Virus record (IMG/VR): IMGVR_UViG_3300020578_000034
Span: 1 to 64,000 of that record
DNA: 64,000 nucleotides
Direction: 5' to 3' (one strand)
DNA from: a virus
Lineage: Duplodnaviria; Caudoviricetes
The first letter of the stretch is position 1, and each line of letters begins with the position of its first letter. The position numbers and the translations under genes were made by a program. Of this stretch, positions 9,770 through 18,970 are shown one piece after another. The notes beneath the pieces were generated by a model. That model saw only the letters and a program-made list of their open reading frames with translations, did no database searches and had not been told where the DNA came from.

Positions 9770-10632
9770 TACTTGGCGATCCTCCTGCGCCTGAAGCTCT
9801 TGAGCGCCAGCAGTTCCTTCTCGAGGAATCCGGTCTCAAGGGTTGACACCCCGCGCGTCGTAAGGTCCTTCACGCCCACGGTGTCGTCGTGCATGTTCTG
9901 CATCTCCCTCGTCGCCGCCCTCAGGATCATGAGCTTCAGGACCTTTAGCTGCGACCCGTCGAGACCGCCCGAGTACTCGACCGTGAGCACGTCGTTCGGG
10001 AAGGCGGCGTACACCTCGAGACCCCACGGGAGGACCTTGTAGTCGGAGCCTGTCGCCTCGACCGACCCGCCGCTGGCGTAGGTCTGCCCGGCGACGTCGT
10101 GCGCGACGGTGAACGTCGTGTCGGTGACGGAGAGTATCTGCTTGTTCTGCAGGTTGAAATTGCCCGGGCTCGCCCCGTGGATCCTGAGGTACTGGCCGAC
10201 CACGAAGTCGTTGTCCGCGGTGTAGACGACGTTCGCCCCGCTGACCGATGCACCGGTGACGGTCGCGTCCCTGCGCATCGCCTCGGCCAGGTTCCTGGGT
10301 GGCATCGACGAGCTGCGGATGCTGACGCGCGTCACCGCGGCGACGGGGGAGTTGCGGAGGGCGATCATTATCGGACCCCTGATCATGTGACGGATCGGAT
10401 CGCCCGTCGTGTCGAGACTCCTGTCGTACATGTACCCCGAATCGCTCGGAACGCCGAACTCGTACGACGAGGTGACGTGGTCCTCCACGAAGTCGTCCAC
10501 GGACACGGGGCGACCCAGGTATGCCTCAAGCTCGCCCTGCAGGCCCTCGAGGATCATCTCCGCTGCGTCCGTCTGCCTGTTCGTCAGGCTGATGTCCATG
10601 AAGGTTTTCAATTCGGCGACCGTTACGATCAT
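9769..10632 (-). CDS. Head-tail connector/adaptor with an inserted beta-rich domain
   Basis: IVTVAELKTFM N-terminus, LEAYLGR, VEYSGG and L..FRRRRI C-terminus as in gp6/gp15-type adaptors. Confidence 0.75.
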   Translation of the reverse strand: MIVTVAELKTFMDISLTNRQTDAAEMILEGLQGELEAYLGRPVSVDDFVEDHVTSSYEFGVPSDSGYMYDRSLDTTGDPIRHMIRGPIMIALRNSPVAAVTRVSIRSSSMPPRNLAEAMRRDATVTGASVSGANVVYTADNDFVVGQYLRIHGASPGNFNLQNKQILSVTDTTFTVAHDVAGQTYASGGSVEATGSDYKVLPWGLEVYAAFPNDVLTVEYSGGLDGSQLKVLKLMILRAATREMQNMHDDTVGVKDLTTRGVSTLETGFLEKELLALKSFRRRRIAK

Positions 10633-10641
10633 GTCCGTTTT

Positions 10642-11001
10642 TTACTCCCTGGCGTCGTCGTCGCCCCGTCTCCTTCGGTTCCTCGAACCGGCGTTGCGCA
10701 ATGCTTCGGCGAATCTGTTCGTGACGGCCCTGATCGCCCTTCGTATCAGTCCGGGGCGGGCGGTTTGCTCTGCCGGGGTCGTCGCCGGCGGGATTGAGGC
10801 TTCCACCGCCCTGTTGATTGCCGAGGCCGTCGTTTCGTTTGCCCTGATTGGGGGGAGCGCCACTGGCGGAAGCGTGGACGGAAGAATGGTTCCCTGCGCC
10901 CGCTGCTCGGCCAGCACTCGCCTTAGCTCCGCCGCGAGCCTCGCTTGAGCCATCGGTGACGAAGGGCTGAGCTCGACAGCCTTGGTTTTCTTAGGGGGCA
11001 T
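10642..11001 (-). CDS. Hypothetical basic low-complexity protein
   Basis: 119 aa; GGAG SD; TAAAAT -10 at 11035-11030. Confidence 0.55.
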   Translation of the reverse strand: MPPKKTKAVELSPSSPMAQARLAAELRRVLAEQRAQGTILPSTLPPVALPPIRANETTASAINRAVEASIPPATTPAEQTARPGLIRRAIRAVTNRFAEALRNAGSRNRRRRGDDDARE

Positions 11002-11064
11002 TGCGCTCTCCAGTTGTTGGGTTACGCAAATTTTACAGCAAGAGAGACCTCTCGGTCGGAACGG

Positions 11065-11625
11065 CTACCTGTCTGGGTTCGGTGGCCTCTCGAACTGTGC
11101 CCTCTCGTCGTGACTCGCCTCTATCGGGATCCACGCCTTGGAGTACGAGTGCTCGGCGACCTTCCTCATTTTGACCAGCGACCCGTCCAGCAGGACCTGG
11201 AACTCGTCGGTGGTCATGCCGAGGGTCAGCATCAGGGATTCCCTGCTGTGGGCGCCCGACTTGATTATGGTCCTGACCACGTGCGAGAGCCTTGCGTTCA
11301 TGACCTGGCCCCTCGCCCTGTTCAGGGTGACGTGCATGATCATTGCCTCGGTCTCGGACAGGTTCGGGAAAACGACGACGGGGACGAAGCGACCCTCGAT
11401 CATGAGTTGCGGCGTCGCACTTGCGAGCGCGAGCCTCTCGTGACCGTCGACCACCAGAAGCCCCCCGTCCTCGGCCTTGCCGCATGCGACGATCGGGAAG
11501 ATCCACCCGTACCTGTGCAGCGAGGTGGCCAGCAGGCTCAAATCGGGTTTGACTATGTAGGTGGTGCGCCACGGGGCGCTCCTCAGGACGCTCGGTTCCA
11601 GCTTCTCGTGCCGACCCTCACTCAT
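11065..11625 (-). CDS. ParB/Srx-domain protein (IbrB-like)
   Basis: SLHRYGWIFPIV, VVDGHER and LNRARG motifs; overlaps the end of the IbrA-like gene. Confidence 0.8.
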   Translation of the reverse strand: MSEGRHEKLEPSVLRSAPWRTTYIVKPDLSLLATSLHRYGWIFPIVACGKAEDGGLLVVDGHERLALASATPQLMIEGRFVPVVVFPNLSETEAMIMHVTLNRARGQVMNARLSHVVRTIIKSGAHSRESLMLTLGMTTDEFQVLLDGSLVKMRKVAEHSYSKAWIPIEASHDERAQFERPPNPDR

Positions 11626-12748
11626 CGCTCTCCTCCGCGTTCTCCCTCTTCGCTATTCCGAAGGCTTTCGTGCCCGGTCCCATCGGCGTCGGGGAGGCGG
11701 CGGTGAACTCGTTCAGCAACAATGTCCGGATCAACCAGTGGATCGGGTAGCTCTTCGGGTCGTTTCGCATCTTCATCCTGAACTTCGCGCAGAACGCCTT
11801 TGCGTAGTGACGGTCCGACTCGCTCATCATGTGATCGTCTATGCATGCCTTCACCCCGTCCCAACCGTAGCGGGCGTAGCCCATGATCAGCTTCTCGACG
11901 TCGTAGTCGGCCCACAGCCTCCGCTGGGCGTCGATCATCGGCCAAACCCTCTGCAGCTGGTCGAAGAAGAATGGTTCGGTGACCATGAGATCGCCCATCC
12001 TCCTCGCCGCCACGCAGTACAGGGGTATGCCGACCCTCGTGTTCGATCCGGTCATCGCGGCGACGTCGTAGTACTCGCAGTACTCCGCGCCGTGCTCCTC
12101 GGCGACGAACCTGAGCACGTCGTCGCTCGTCCAGTCGTAGATTATCTTCGCAAACCTCATCGGGAGGTTCCTGGGCGCCTTGTACGGTGCGACGATGTAG
12201 TTCTCGTGAAGCTTCTGGACGAGGGACCTGTACCTGACCATGGATTCGTTCGCCCTCACGCCCGTCAGGAAGGCCGTCCTCCCCTTCTTGCCCTGCATGG
12301 TCCAATAGTCGGTGTCCCCCATGTCCTTGTCCCTGCTCAGCCCGAACGATTCCGCGTTTATGGCGAATTTCGGCATCGGCCTGACGAGACGACCCTCCTT
12401 CTCCCTCAACCCGGACCAGGTCATCTCGGTCGTTCTCTTGCCCATCGACCACACCTCAACCCCGACGGAGAGGCAGTACCACTCCATCTCCACCCAGTCG
12501 TAGTTCCTGACCTTCTCCACGAAATCTATGACCATCGGACTGACCATCTCCTCGTCCCTGAATATCGCCCTGACGGGGCCGAGACCGCGCTCCTCGTGCA
12601 ACTCCTTGGCGAGGTGGAGCACGGCCGTCGAGTCCTTGCCCCCGGAGAACTGCACGCAGACCGTGTCGAACGTGTCGTAGACGTGCCTGATCCTCTTTCT
12701 CGCCGCGTCCACGCAGGTCATGTCAAGGTAGAGGCGCTTGCGCGGCAT
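11618..12748 (-). CDS. PAPS-reductase-family PP-loop protein (IbrA-like)
   Basis: FSGGKDS, FRDEE, TGVRANES..R and IYDW motifs; likely start MPRKRL at a TGATG overlap (ORF track extends to 12850). Confidence 0.85.
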   Translation of the reverse strand: MPRKRLYLDMTCVDAARKRIRHVYDTFDTVCVQFSGGKDSTAVLHLAKELHEERGLGPVRAIFRDEEMVSPMVIDFVEKVRNYDWVEMEWYCLSVGVEVWSMGKRTTEMTWSGLREKEGRLVRPMPKFAINAESFGLSRDKDMGDTDYWTMQGKKGRTAFLTGVRANESMVRYRSLVQKLHENYIVAPYKAPRNLPMRFAKIIYDWTSDDVLRFVAEEHGAEYCEYYDVAAMTGSNTRVGIPLYCVAARRMGDLMVTEPFFFDQLQRVWPMIDAQRRLWADYDVEKLIMGYARYGWDGVKACIDDHMMSESDRHYAKAFCAKFRMKMRNDPKSYPIHWLIRTLLLNEFTAASPTPMGPGTKAFGIAKRENAEESDE

Positions 12749-13545
12749 CAGAACTCCGCGTTCGTGTTTATGAAGTCGATCAGCTTGGATGCCGTGGTAT
12801 CGCCGACGTATGCGGGGTCGTTCCTCAGGTACCTGATGAAGTCGTACCATCTCTTTTGTTGCACGGTGTCGTCGAACACGAGCGTGTACTGCACTATCGC
12901 CCTCTCCCCGCCCTTGACGCCGACCGCCGTGCTTCCCCTCGTGATCGCCTCCTCCTTGTCAACCGAGTCCGTCGCGACGTAGTCAATTTCGTCGTTTTCG
13001 TTTTTCGTCTCGACGATCCGTTCGTCGTCTGCGGTCTGGAACGGGTTGACTATCACGGCCGGCGTGTACCCGCCCCGGTTGTCGTTCCTCTCGTTGGTGA
13101 TGATGTCCATGTTTATGGAGGCGACCTCGAACTCGTCCCAGCCGAGACCGAGAAGCAGGTCCGGGTAGTCCGAGGAGATCTCCGATATGAGATCTAGCAC
13201 GACCTGCTGGTCGGTGTTTCCCAGCTCCGTCGTCCTGTTGTCGGCGAGGGCGAACGCATGGCCGCGACTTTCGTCTACGTCGTAAACGATCGCCGCTATT
13301 TTTTTCCATCCCAGCTTCTTGGCGGCGATCAGCTGGTGATTGCCGGCTATCACGGAATACTTTCCGTCCCCGGCGGGCATGACTACTATCGGCTTTACTT
13401 GTCCGAACTCCCTGTAGGAGGCGACGATTGACTCGACGTTGCCGATGCGCGGGTTCTTCTCCATCGGCCTGAGCAGGTCGATGCTGACGGCGAGACCAGC
13501 GAGGGAGGGGTGGATGTTCCCGTCGTCGTTGTTTTCGTCGCTCAC
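12748..13545 (-). CDS. ParB-like N-terminal domain protein
   Basis: KNPR, FGQVKPIVV, VIAGNHQ and ALADNR motifs. Confidence 0.85.
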   Translation of the reverse strand: MSDENNDDGNIHPSLAGLAVSIDLLRPMEKNPRIGNVESIVASYREFGQVKPIVVMPAGDGKYSVIAGNHQLIAAKKLGWKKIAAIVYDVDESRGHAFALADNRTTELGNTDQQVVLDLISEISSDYPDLLLGLGWDEFEVASINMDIITNERNDNRGGYTPAVIVNPFQTADDERIVETKNENDEIDYVATDSVDKEEAITRGSTAVGVKGGERAIVQYTLVFDDTVQQKRWYDFIRYLRNDPAYVGDTTASKLIDFINTNAEF

Positions 13546-13880
13546 ACTTGTGCCCTGACGTTTGCGTTCAGCGTCCTGAGCGCGTCGATTGAGGTTCTCA
13601 GCGACAGCAGCTTCTCCCTCTTCGCCTTGACGAGGGCCTCGGAGATCTTGTAGTCGTAGTTCTCGTCGTTCATCTGGTAGTCGGCCCAGGCCTCGCGCTC
13701 CTTGATGGAACCCTTGGCGGCCAGGTACGACTTCGCCCAGTTCGCCTTGTACTTGGCCTCCTTCTTTGCTGAGTCCATGGAGAGCGTCTCAAAGGCCTCG
13801 GTCTCGCCCTCGAGGAGTTCCATCAGACGAAGGAGTTCCTCCTCGACTTCAACCTGGCTAATCGGAGTACTGCGAGTCAC
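13542..13880 (-). CDS. Helical protein, possibly a UvsY-like recombination mediator
   Basis: About 112 aa, coiled-coil character; GTG start with SD; lies in the recombination cluster. Confidence 0.5.
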   Translation of the reverse strand: MTRSTPISQVEVEEELLRLMELLEGETEAFETLSMDSAKKEAKYKANWAKSYLAAKGSIKEREAWADYQMNDENYDYKISEALVKAKREKLLSLRTSIDALRTLNANVRAQV

Positions 13881-14418
13881 TGCACCTTCCTTCGTAGTTG
13901 TCAACGGGCGACCAGTCGACTCCGTCGGCGACGGCTCGGCTTGCCTCGGGCCAATCGTACCTTGCCTCGCCGTGCCTAATCAATGCCATTTCCTCCAGTA
14001 TCCATGCGTCGCACATGTCGTCGGCTCCGGGACCGACCCACGCAATCCCCGTCCTGGCCGATACGGCGGAAACGACCTCGCTCTTCGAGGAGTTGCCCTT
14101 TCCCGTGGCGAATTTGGCCCTCGTCGTCGGCGCCACCTCAACGAAGGGTATGTTGGCGGAGCAGAGGACGTACCTCACGACCCCGCCGAGCTCGCCGATC
14201 GAGAACGCCTGGCCAGAGCGGGCGGCGAAAGCGTAGCCCTCCAGGACGACGGCGGTCACGCGGTGAAAGCGGACGAGCTCCATCACGGTGGTTGATATGT
14301 CGATCAGCCTCTGCGTGCCCCTGCTCTTCGGGATTATTGCGCCCCGGGAATCTCGCACGGACCACCCCGTGGACGAGAGGGACAAATCCAGCCCCATGAA
14401 GATTTTTTCTTTTGCCAC
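13858..14418 (-). CDS. ruvC: RuvC-like Holliday junction resolvase
   Basis: GLDLSLSSTG, VVLEG, ATGKGNSSK and DDMCDA catalytic motifs. Confidence 0.85.
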   Translation of the reverse strand: MAKEKIFMGLDLSLSSTGWSVRDSRGAIIPKSRGTQRLIDISTTVMELVRFHRVTAVVLEGYAFAARSGQAFSIGELGGVVRYVLCSANIPFVEVAPTTRAKFATGKGNSSKSEVVSAVSARTGIAWVGPGADDMCDAWILEEMALIRHGEARYDWPEASRAVADGVDWSPVDNYEGRCSDSQYSD

Positions 14419-14602
14419 GAACGAAAACTACCGCGCTTGGCGGGCTGCCCCCGGGGCCTGCACTCCCCGGAGGCGCGGCGCCCGATGGGGGCCTAACCCG
14501 TCGCGGATTTAACCGCCAGAACGGATCACCCCCTCCCTTGTCGAGTTACCTGCCACGATTGTATCCTTATAGCTAATACTGAAAAGGGTAATAGTTATAC
14601 GA

Positions 14603-15007
14603 TTACGTTTTTTTCCAACTCTCAATGGACAGACCCAATTCGAAGGCTTTTTGCGGATATTTTCCGATTCTCTCGTGACACGGCCTGCACACGGCCATGA
14701 GATTTTTCTCTTCCAGTATCGAGCCGCCCTGCGATCTGCGCACGAGCTCGTGGACGTCCTGCGCCGGTTTGCGGATGTAAGTGATCCTGCCGTCGTGCTT
14801 GGCGAACACAGGGCACGCCTCGCACCATTTCCTCTCCGTCAGAATCTTTCGGACGACGGCCCGTCGCTCGACGTAAATTGACTCAGTTTTTTTGGAGCGA
14901 CTCCTGAGTTTCGTTCTCCTCTTCGGGGGCGCCGAGTCTTTCGAACGCCCAGACTCCGTTGAGCGCTTTGTAGAGCGCTTCATCGGCCGGCGTCGTCTCA
15001 ATGTCAT
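14603..15007 (-). CDS. Zn-finger HNH-like endonuclease (start uncertain)
   Basis: CEAC, DVHE..RRSQGG, NLMAVCRPCH motifs. Confidence 0.7.
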   Translation of the reverse strand: MTLRRRRPMKRSTKRSTESGRSKDSAPPKRRTKLRSRSKKTESIYVERRAVVRKILTERKWCEACPVFAKHDGRITYIRKPAQDVHELVRRSQGGSILEEKNLMAVCRPCHERIGKYPQKAFELGLSIESWKKT

Positions 15008-15431
15008 ACCTCAAAAGATACGTCCTGTGGGCCTCTATGGCGTCACGGCACATCTCGTAGAAATTCTCCCGGTCGGCGCCGGTCGCCTTTTGCAGCGAGA
15101 TCATGCCGGCGACGTCGGAGACGCGCTTGACGACGTAGAACTTGAAGCGATCGGCCTTGGCGATTTTGCTCTCGTAGTACATCTTCGCCTCCACCCCCAG
15201 GTTCACGCCGTCCTCGCCGAGACTCAGGTACCTCTTGTCGTCGGCGATCATGTCCTGCGTCAGGCCCTCGATCTGGCGGTTCAAATTATCCAGCAGGGCG
15301 TTGAGTGCCCTCATCCACCTGTCCAGGTTGTGCGACTGGCAAAGGAACTGCTTGTGCTCGTCCGACGCCTTGTTCTTGACTTCCTGCGCCACCATGTGCG
15401 CGAAGGCGTCGTCGCTTATGTAGTGGTTCAT
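14883..15431 (-). CDS. Hypothetical protein
   Basis: Start MNHYISD at an ATGA overlap with the exonuclease stop; 182 aa. Confidence 0.65.
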   Translation of the reverse strand: MNHYISDDAFAHMVAQEVKNKASDEHKQFLCQSHNLDRWMRALNALLDNLNRQIEGLTQDMIADDKRYLSLGEDGVNLGVEAKMYYESKIAKADRFKFYVVKRVSDVAGMISLQKATGADRENFYEMCRDAIEAHRTYLLRYDIETTPADEALYKALNGVWAFERLGAPEEENETQESLQKN

Positions 15432-16216
15432 TTTTTTTCCTTCTTCCAATACTCGCATATCGTATCCTTGAAGAAGCACCAGTTGCAAAGCTTTGTCGGT
15501 TTCGCCGGCCAGTTGTTGTCGTTGAACGACGAGACGATGGCGTCGTACGTCTCGGTTATGAGCCTGTGCACCTCGTCCAGTTTCGACTGGTCCACTAGCC
15601 TGATGAACCGCTTGCCGTCCTTGAGGTACAGGAGCTCCACCGAGCCGATCGGGTGCTCGGACACACCCGAGAGGAGCGTCGCGTAGATCATCAGCTGTAT
15701 GAACTTGTCGTCGACGTACGGCTCGCGCGGCGTCTTGCCCGTCTTGTAGTCGGATATGCGAACCATCCCATCGTCGACGAACCACCTGTCGATGAAGCCC
15801 TTCACCCTGACGCCTCCCACCCTGCCGTCAAGCTCCGTCTCGACGCCGCCTACGGTTACGGCCGATGGTTGCTCGACCCTGAATATGTTCTCCAGGCACC
15901 ACCACGCCGACCACCTGAATTTTTGCGCTTCCTTCTCGGGAACTACGCCCCTAATCCGGTCCGCCCACTTTCCGTCGGACCACACGGACGTGCTGAGCGA
16001 CCTCAGCGATGTCGCAGTCCTCTGATCGGGGTCCAGCGACCCGTAGAACGACTCGAGGACGTCGTGGACGAAGTTCCCCAGCAGGGTCGCCTGCGTCGGG
16101 GGTTCCTGTATCTGGTTGACGCGGGAGTACTTGTACTTCAACGGGCACTGCGAGTACGTCGCCAGCGAGGACGGCGAGACGTACTCGGGTAGCTCGTATG
16201 GGAGCGGGTCCGACAT
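15428..16216 (-). CDS. RecB-family PD-(D/E)XK exonuclease
   Basis: SPSSL..Y..CP, GFIDR, DYKTG, QLMIY and C..C..C C-terminal cluster. Confidence 0.9.
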   Translation of the reverse strand: MSDPLPYELPEYVSPSSLATYSQCPLKYKYSRVNQIQEPPTQATLLGNFVHDVLESFYGSLDPDQRTATSLRSLSTSVWSDGKWADRIRGVVPEKEAQKFRWSAWWCLENIFRVEQPSAVTVGGVETELDGRVGGVRVKGFIDRWFVDDGMVRISDYKTGKTPREPYVDDKFIQLMIYATLLSGVSEHPIGSVELLYLKDGKRFIRLVDQSKLDEVHRLITETYDAIVSSFNDNNWPAKPTKLCNWCFFKDTICEYWKKEKK

Positions 16217-16222
16217 GGGACC

Positions 16223-16864
16223 CTACTCGGACTTGATGCGATTCACCTCGGCGACGATGAACTCGAGGTCCTCCACCGACACCGAGTCGATCGACTTGGG
16301 CACGGGCTCCCCCTTCGTCCGCTCGTTCCAACGCTCACGCATCTTGTTCTTTTGGTCCGGCTCGAGACCCTTGGCCAGCGACACGAACGTGTTCCACAGC
16401 GAGACCTTGCCGTCCTGGACCGACTCGGCCTCGAGGTGTTGCTCGATCTCTATGGCGTCGTCGCTTCGGGCCAGGTACAGCCCGACGCCGAGAGTCTGCG
16501 CCGCCTTCTTCAGGGCGTCCGATATGGCGCCCTTGAACTCGTCGCCGAGATCGAGTATCTGGCCCTGCTTGGTTCGCTTGATCTTCTGCCCGCCGAAACC
16601 GTCGCGGGCGATCGGCTGGAAGTCCGTGGCGAAGTACTCGATCCTGACGTGGGCCACGACGAAATCCGGGTCGGCGGCGTCGCGCTCGCAACGAACGATG
16701 GTGAAGGACCACCTGTCCACCCCGAGGACCTTGTTCAGCCTGTTGATCACCTCGCTGACGGGGATGTAGGTGAGCGCCGTGCCGCCCTTGGTGACGGTCC
16801 TCTCCATCTCCTGCGGGAAGTTCTCCGCGAGGGCGGTGTACAGATTGGTGCTTTGCCCGTTCAT
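16223..16864 (-). CDS. Rad52/Sak-like single-strand annealing protein
   Basis: LTYI, VINRLNKVLG..W and KGAISDALKKAA..LGVGLYL motifs; start MNGQST at an ATGA overlap. Confidence 0.85.
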   Translation of the reverse strand: MNGQSTNLYTALAENFPQEMERTVTKGGTALTYIPVSEVINRLNKVLGVDRWSFTIVRCERDAADPDFVVAHVRIEYFATDFQPIARDGFGGQKIKRTKQGQILDLGDEFKGAISDALKKAAQTLGVGLYLARSDDAIEIEQHLEAESVQDGKVSLWNTFVSLAKGLEPDQKNKMRERWNERTKGEPVPKSIDSVSVEDLEFIVAEVNRIKSE

Positions 16865-17376
16865 TCCTTTGGCCTCCTGACGATGACGCTGGTTTTGCTT
16901 TCCTCGGACACCTCGCAGTACTCGTCTGCGGTGACGCCGATCCCCGAGAGAGCCTTCACCCTCCAGTACGACGGCTGCAGGTACTTCAGCATTTCCCTGC
17001 CGACCGTTTCGGGCGTCGCCCCGACCTCGCCAGTGTCGAGGTCCGTAGAGAGTTGGACGATTCGCCTGGACACCACGTCGGCGAGCTCGTCGTGCTTCCA
17101 TGACTTCCTGTCGTAGGAGGTCTTCTTCTCGAGCTTCGTGCCGTCGGCGAGGACGACCTCGGGGAGGTCGGCCATCTTCTCGGCGACTATCGCCACCGAG
17201 GAGTCGTACAGCACCGACACCTCGAGCTTGAGGCGGTTGAGCTCGGACAGGTCCGAGCACGCCGACTCGACGGTCACGGAATCGTTGGCCAGGCTCTTCG
17301 TCTCCGCGTCTATCGCCATCAGCCTGCTGATGACCTCGTTCACGAGCGACGCAATCTTGCTGGTCTCGTTGGGCAT
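16861..17376 (-). CDS. Hypothetical protein
   Basis: 171 aa with GAGGAG SD; translationally coupled to the Sak-like gene. Confidence 0.7.
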   Translation of the reverse strand: MPNETSKIASLVNEVISRLMAIDAETKSLANDSVTVESACSDLSELNRLKLEVSVLYDSSVAIVAEKMADLPEVVLADGTKLEKKTSYDRKSWKHDELADVVSRRIVQLSTDLDTGEVGATPETVGREMLKYLQPSYWRVKALSGIGVTADEYCEVSEESKTSVIVRRPKE

Positions 17377-17402
17377 GTGTTACTTACTCCTCGCTACGTA
17401 GT

Positions 17403-18716
17403 TCACACGAGGATAGTGGCTGCTCTCCTAAATGGCAAGCCCAAACCCGCCAGGAACATGTATGCGCCTACGGCGGAGTCAACCTGGTCGTCGTGAACTT
17501 TGGCCTCGGGAAAGGAAGAGAACTCGTCGAGCCAGTCGGTCATCCAGGGCGCCCTGATGACCCTGACGTTCCCGTTGGCGGCGGCGGCGGAGAAAGGCCT
17601 CGCCCTCGTCACCTTGTCCCCGGTGGACCTTATTCCCATGAAGTCGTACCCCGGGACGACGTACCTCGAGTACTGGTCGACGAGCGCCTTCCCTGATGAA
17701 CCCGGCTCCTGCTCCATTCTCACGGACACGGCGGGCCCGTCCTCGGCGGCTGTTTGCGCGACCAGCTGCTCAACCTTGTCGCCCTTCACCCTCGCCCTCT
17801 TCACGTCGAGCACGTAGGCCACCCCGTCCTCGAAGAGCATGAGGGTTCCGACAGTCCAGTCCGGGTCGGGGTTCGATCCGCTCGGCTCGGTCGCGGCCAA
17901 GTCCCAAAACCTCACGGCCCTCGCCGTCGGGCCCATCTTGGGGACCTCGCTGGAGTCGATCACCACGAACGACGTCCTGTCGAACATCGTTCCGAGCGTC
18001 GTCGCCCACCAGTCGCCCTCCTCCAGCCTTCTCCTCTCGAGCGGATCCAGCGAGGCTAGGGCTATGCGATAGGAGTCGGCGTCAATCCCCGGGTTGTCGG
18101 TCAGCTTCGAGGGCACGAAAACCCTCCCCGAATCCGTCCCCTCGACGATGAACCTCTGTCTCACCCAGTTCGGGGCGGGGTTGGATGCCGCCCTCATCCT
18201 CAGCGGCACCAGGGAGAGGGGGCCCGTCGACGGTCTCCTGAGACGGGAGAACAGGTAGCGGTAGTCGTTCTCCCTTATCTCGGTGACCTCGTCCATGCCG
18301 ATGAACTGGAACTCGGAGCCCTTGTACCTGAGGTAGTCGTTCTGGTTGTTGAGGTATCCGAACGATATTCTCGCCCCCGACGGGAAGGTGGCCACGTAGG
18401 TGTTGTTGTTCCAGTGCACGTTCTCGTGCATGGCTATCCAGCCGCGGAACCTGTCCATGAGCGCCCCGGGAAGCGACAGGTCGGCGAAGGTCCGCCTGAA
18501 CAGGATCGCCGAGTAGCCGGGCACGTCGAGGTATTGCATGGCCGACATCAGCAGCGCGGACGATTTGCCGCCTCCCGCGGCGCCCCCGAAGAGGCCCTCG
18601 AGGCAGTTCGTCCTGAGAAAAACCTTCTGCGTCAACGAAGGCTCCTCTGGGCAAAACATGGGTTTTATCGGCTGGAGCCACTCCAGCACCTTCTCCCAAT
18701 TGACTTCTTCCATCAT
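17403..18716 (-). CDS. terL: Terminase large subunit
   Basis: GGAAGGGKS Walker A, IGMDE Walker B, ASNP, WDLAA and HDDQVD nuclease motifs. Confidence 0.95.
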   Translation of the reverse strand: MMEEVNWEKVLEWLQPIKPMFCPEEPSLTQKVFLRTNCLEGLFGGAAGGGKSSALLMSAMQYLDVPGYSAILFRRTFADLSLPGALMDRFRGWIAMHENVHWNNNTYVATFPSGARISFGYLNNQNDYLRYKGSEFQFIGMDEVTEIRENDYRYLFSRLRRPSTGPLSLVPLRMRAASNPAPNWVRQRFIVEGTDSGRVFVPSKLTDNPGIDADSYRIALASLDPLERRRLEEGDWWATTLGTMFDRTSFVVIDSSEVPKMGPTARAVRFWDLAATEPSGSNPDPDWTVGTLMLFEDGVAYVLDVKRARVKGDKVEQLVAQTAAEDGPAVSVRMEQEPGSSGKALVDQYSRYVVPGYDFMGIRSTGDKVTRARPFSAAAANGNVRVIRAPWMTDWLDEFSSFPEAKVHDDQVDSAVGAYMFLAGLGLPFRRAATILV

Positions 18717-18738
18717 CGCTCCGAGCTTGTCCGGGTAC

Positions 18739-18747
18739 TACATTATA
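18739..18747. promoter_or_regulatory. Overlapping divergent -10 boxes at the strand switch
   Basis: TATAAT on the minus strand (18747-18742) and TACATT on the plus strand (18739-18744). Confidence 0.45.
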
Positions 18748-18781
18748 GGTGTCGGCACAAATTCCAGGACGTAAATCCGCC

Positions 18782-18961
18782 ATGAACAAGTTCCAAATAG
18801 CTATCCAGAAAATAGCCACGAGACAATCAGTCGCTAACTTGCTGATGTCTTCATTTATACTGTTTACGGCAATAGGAACCTTCTTGATCAACCCACCGCT
18901 CGGCTTCATCGTATTCGGGGTCACCGCGGGGGCGGTCGGCTATCTGCTCGGCAAGGAGTAA
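18782..18961 (+). CDS. Small two-TM membrane protein preceding the portal
   Basis: 59 aa with two hydrophobic stretches. Confidence 0.65.
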   Translation: MNKFQIAIQKIATRQSVANLLMSSFILFTAIGTFLINPPLGFIVFGVTAGAVGYLLGKE

Positions 18962-18970
18962 TCGTAGAAA

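Noticed and set aside
14420-14560. tRNA or tmRNA
   Set aside because: No T-loop (GTTCRA) or acceptor stem with CCA was found.
15428-16216. Cas4/CRISPR adaptation gene
   Set aside because: The context is a Sak/RuvC recombination block, with no cas1, cas2 or array.
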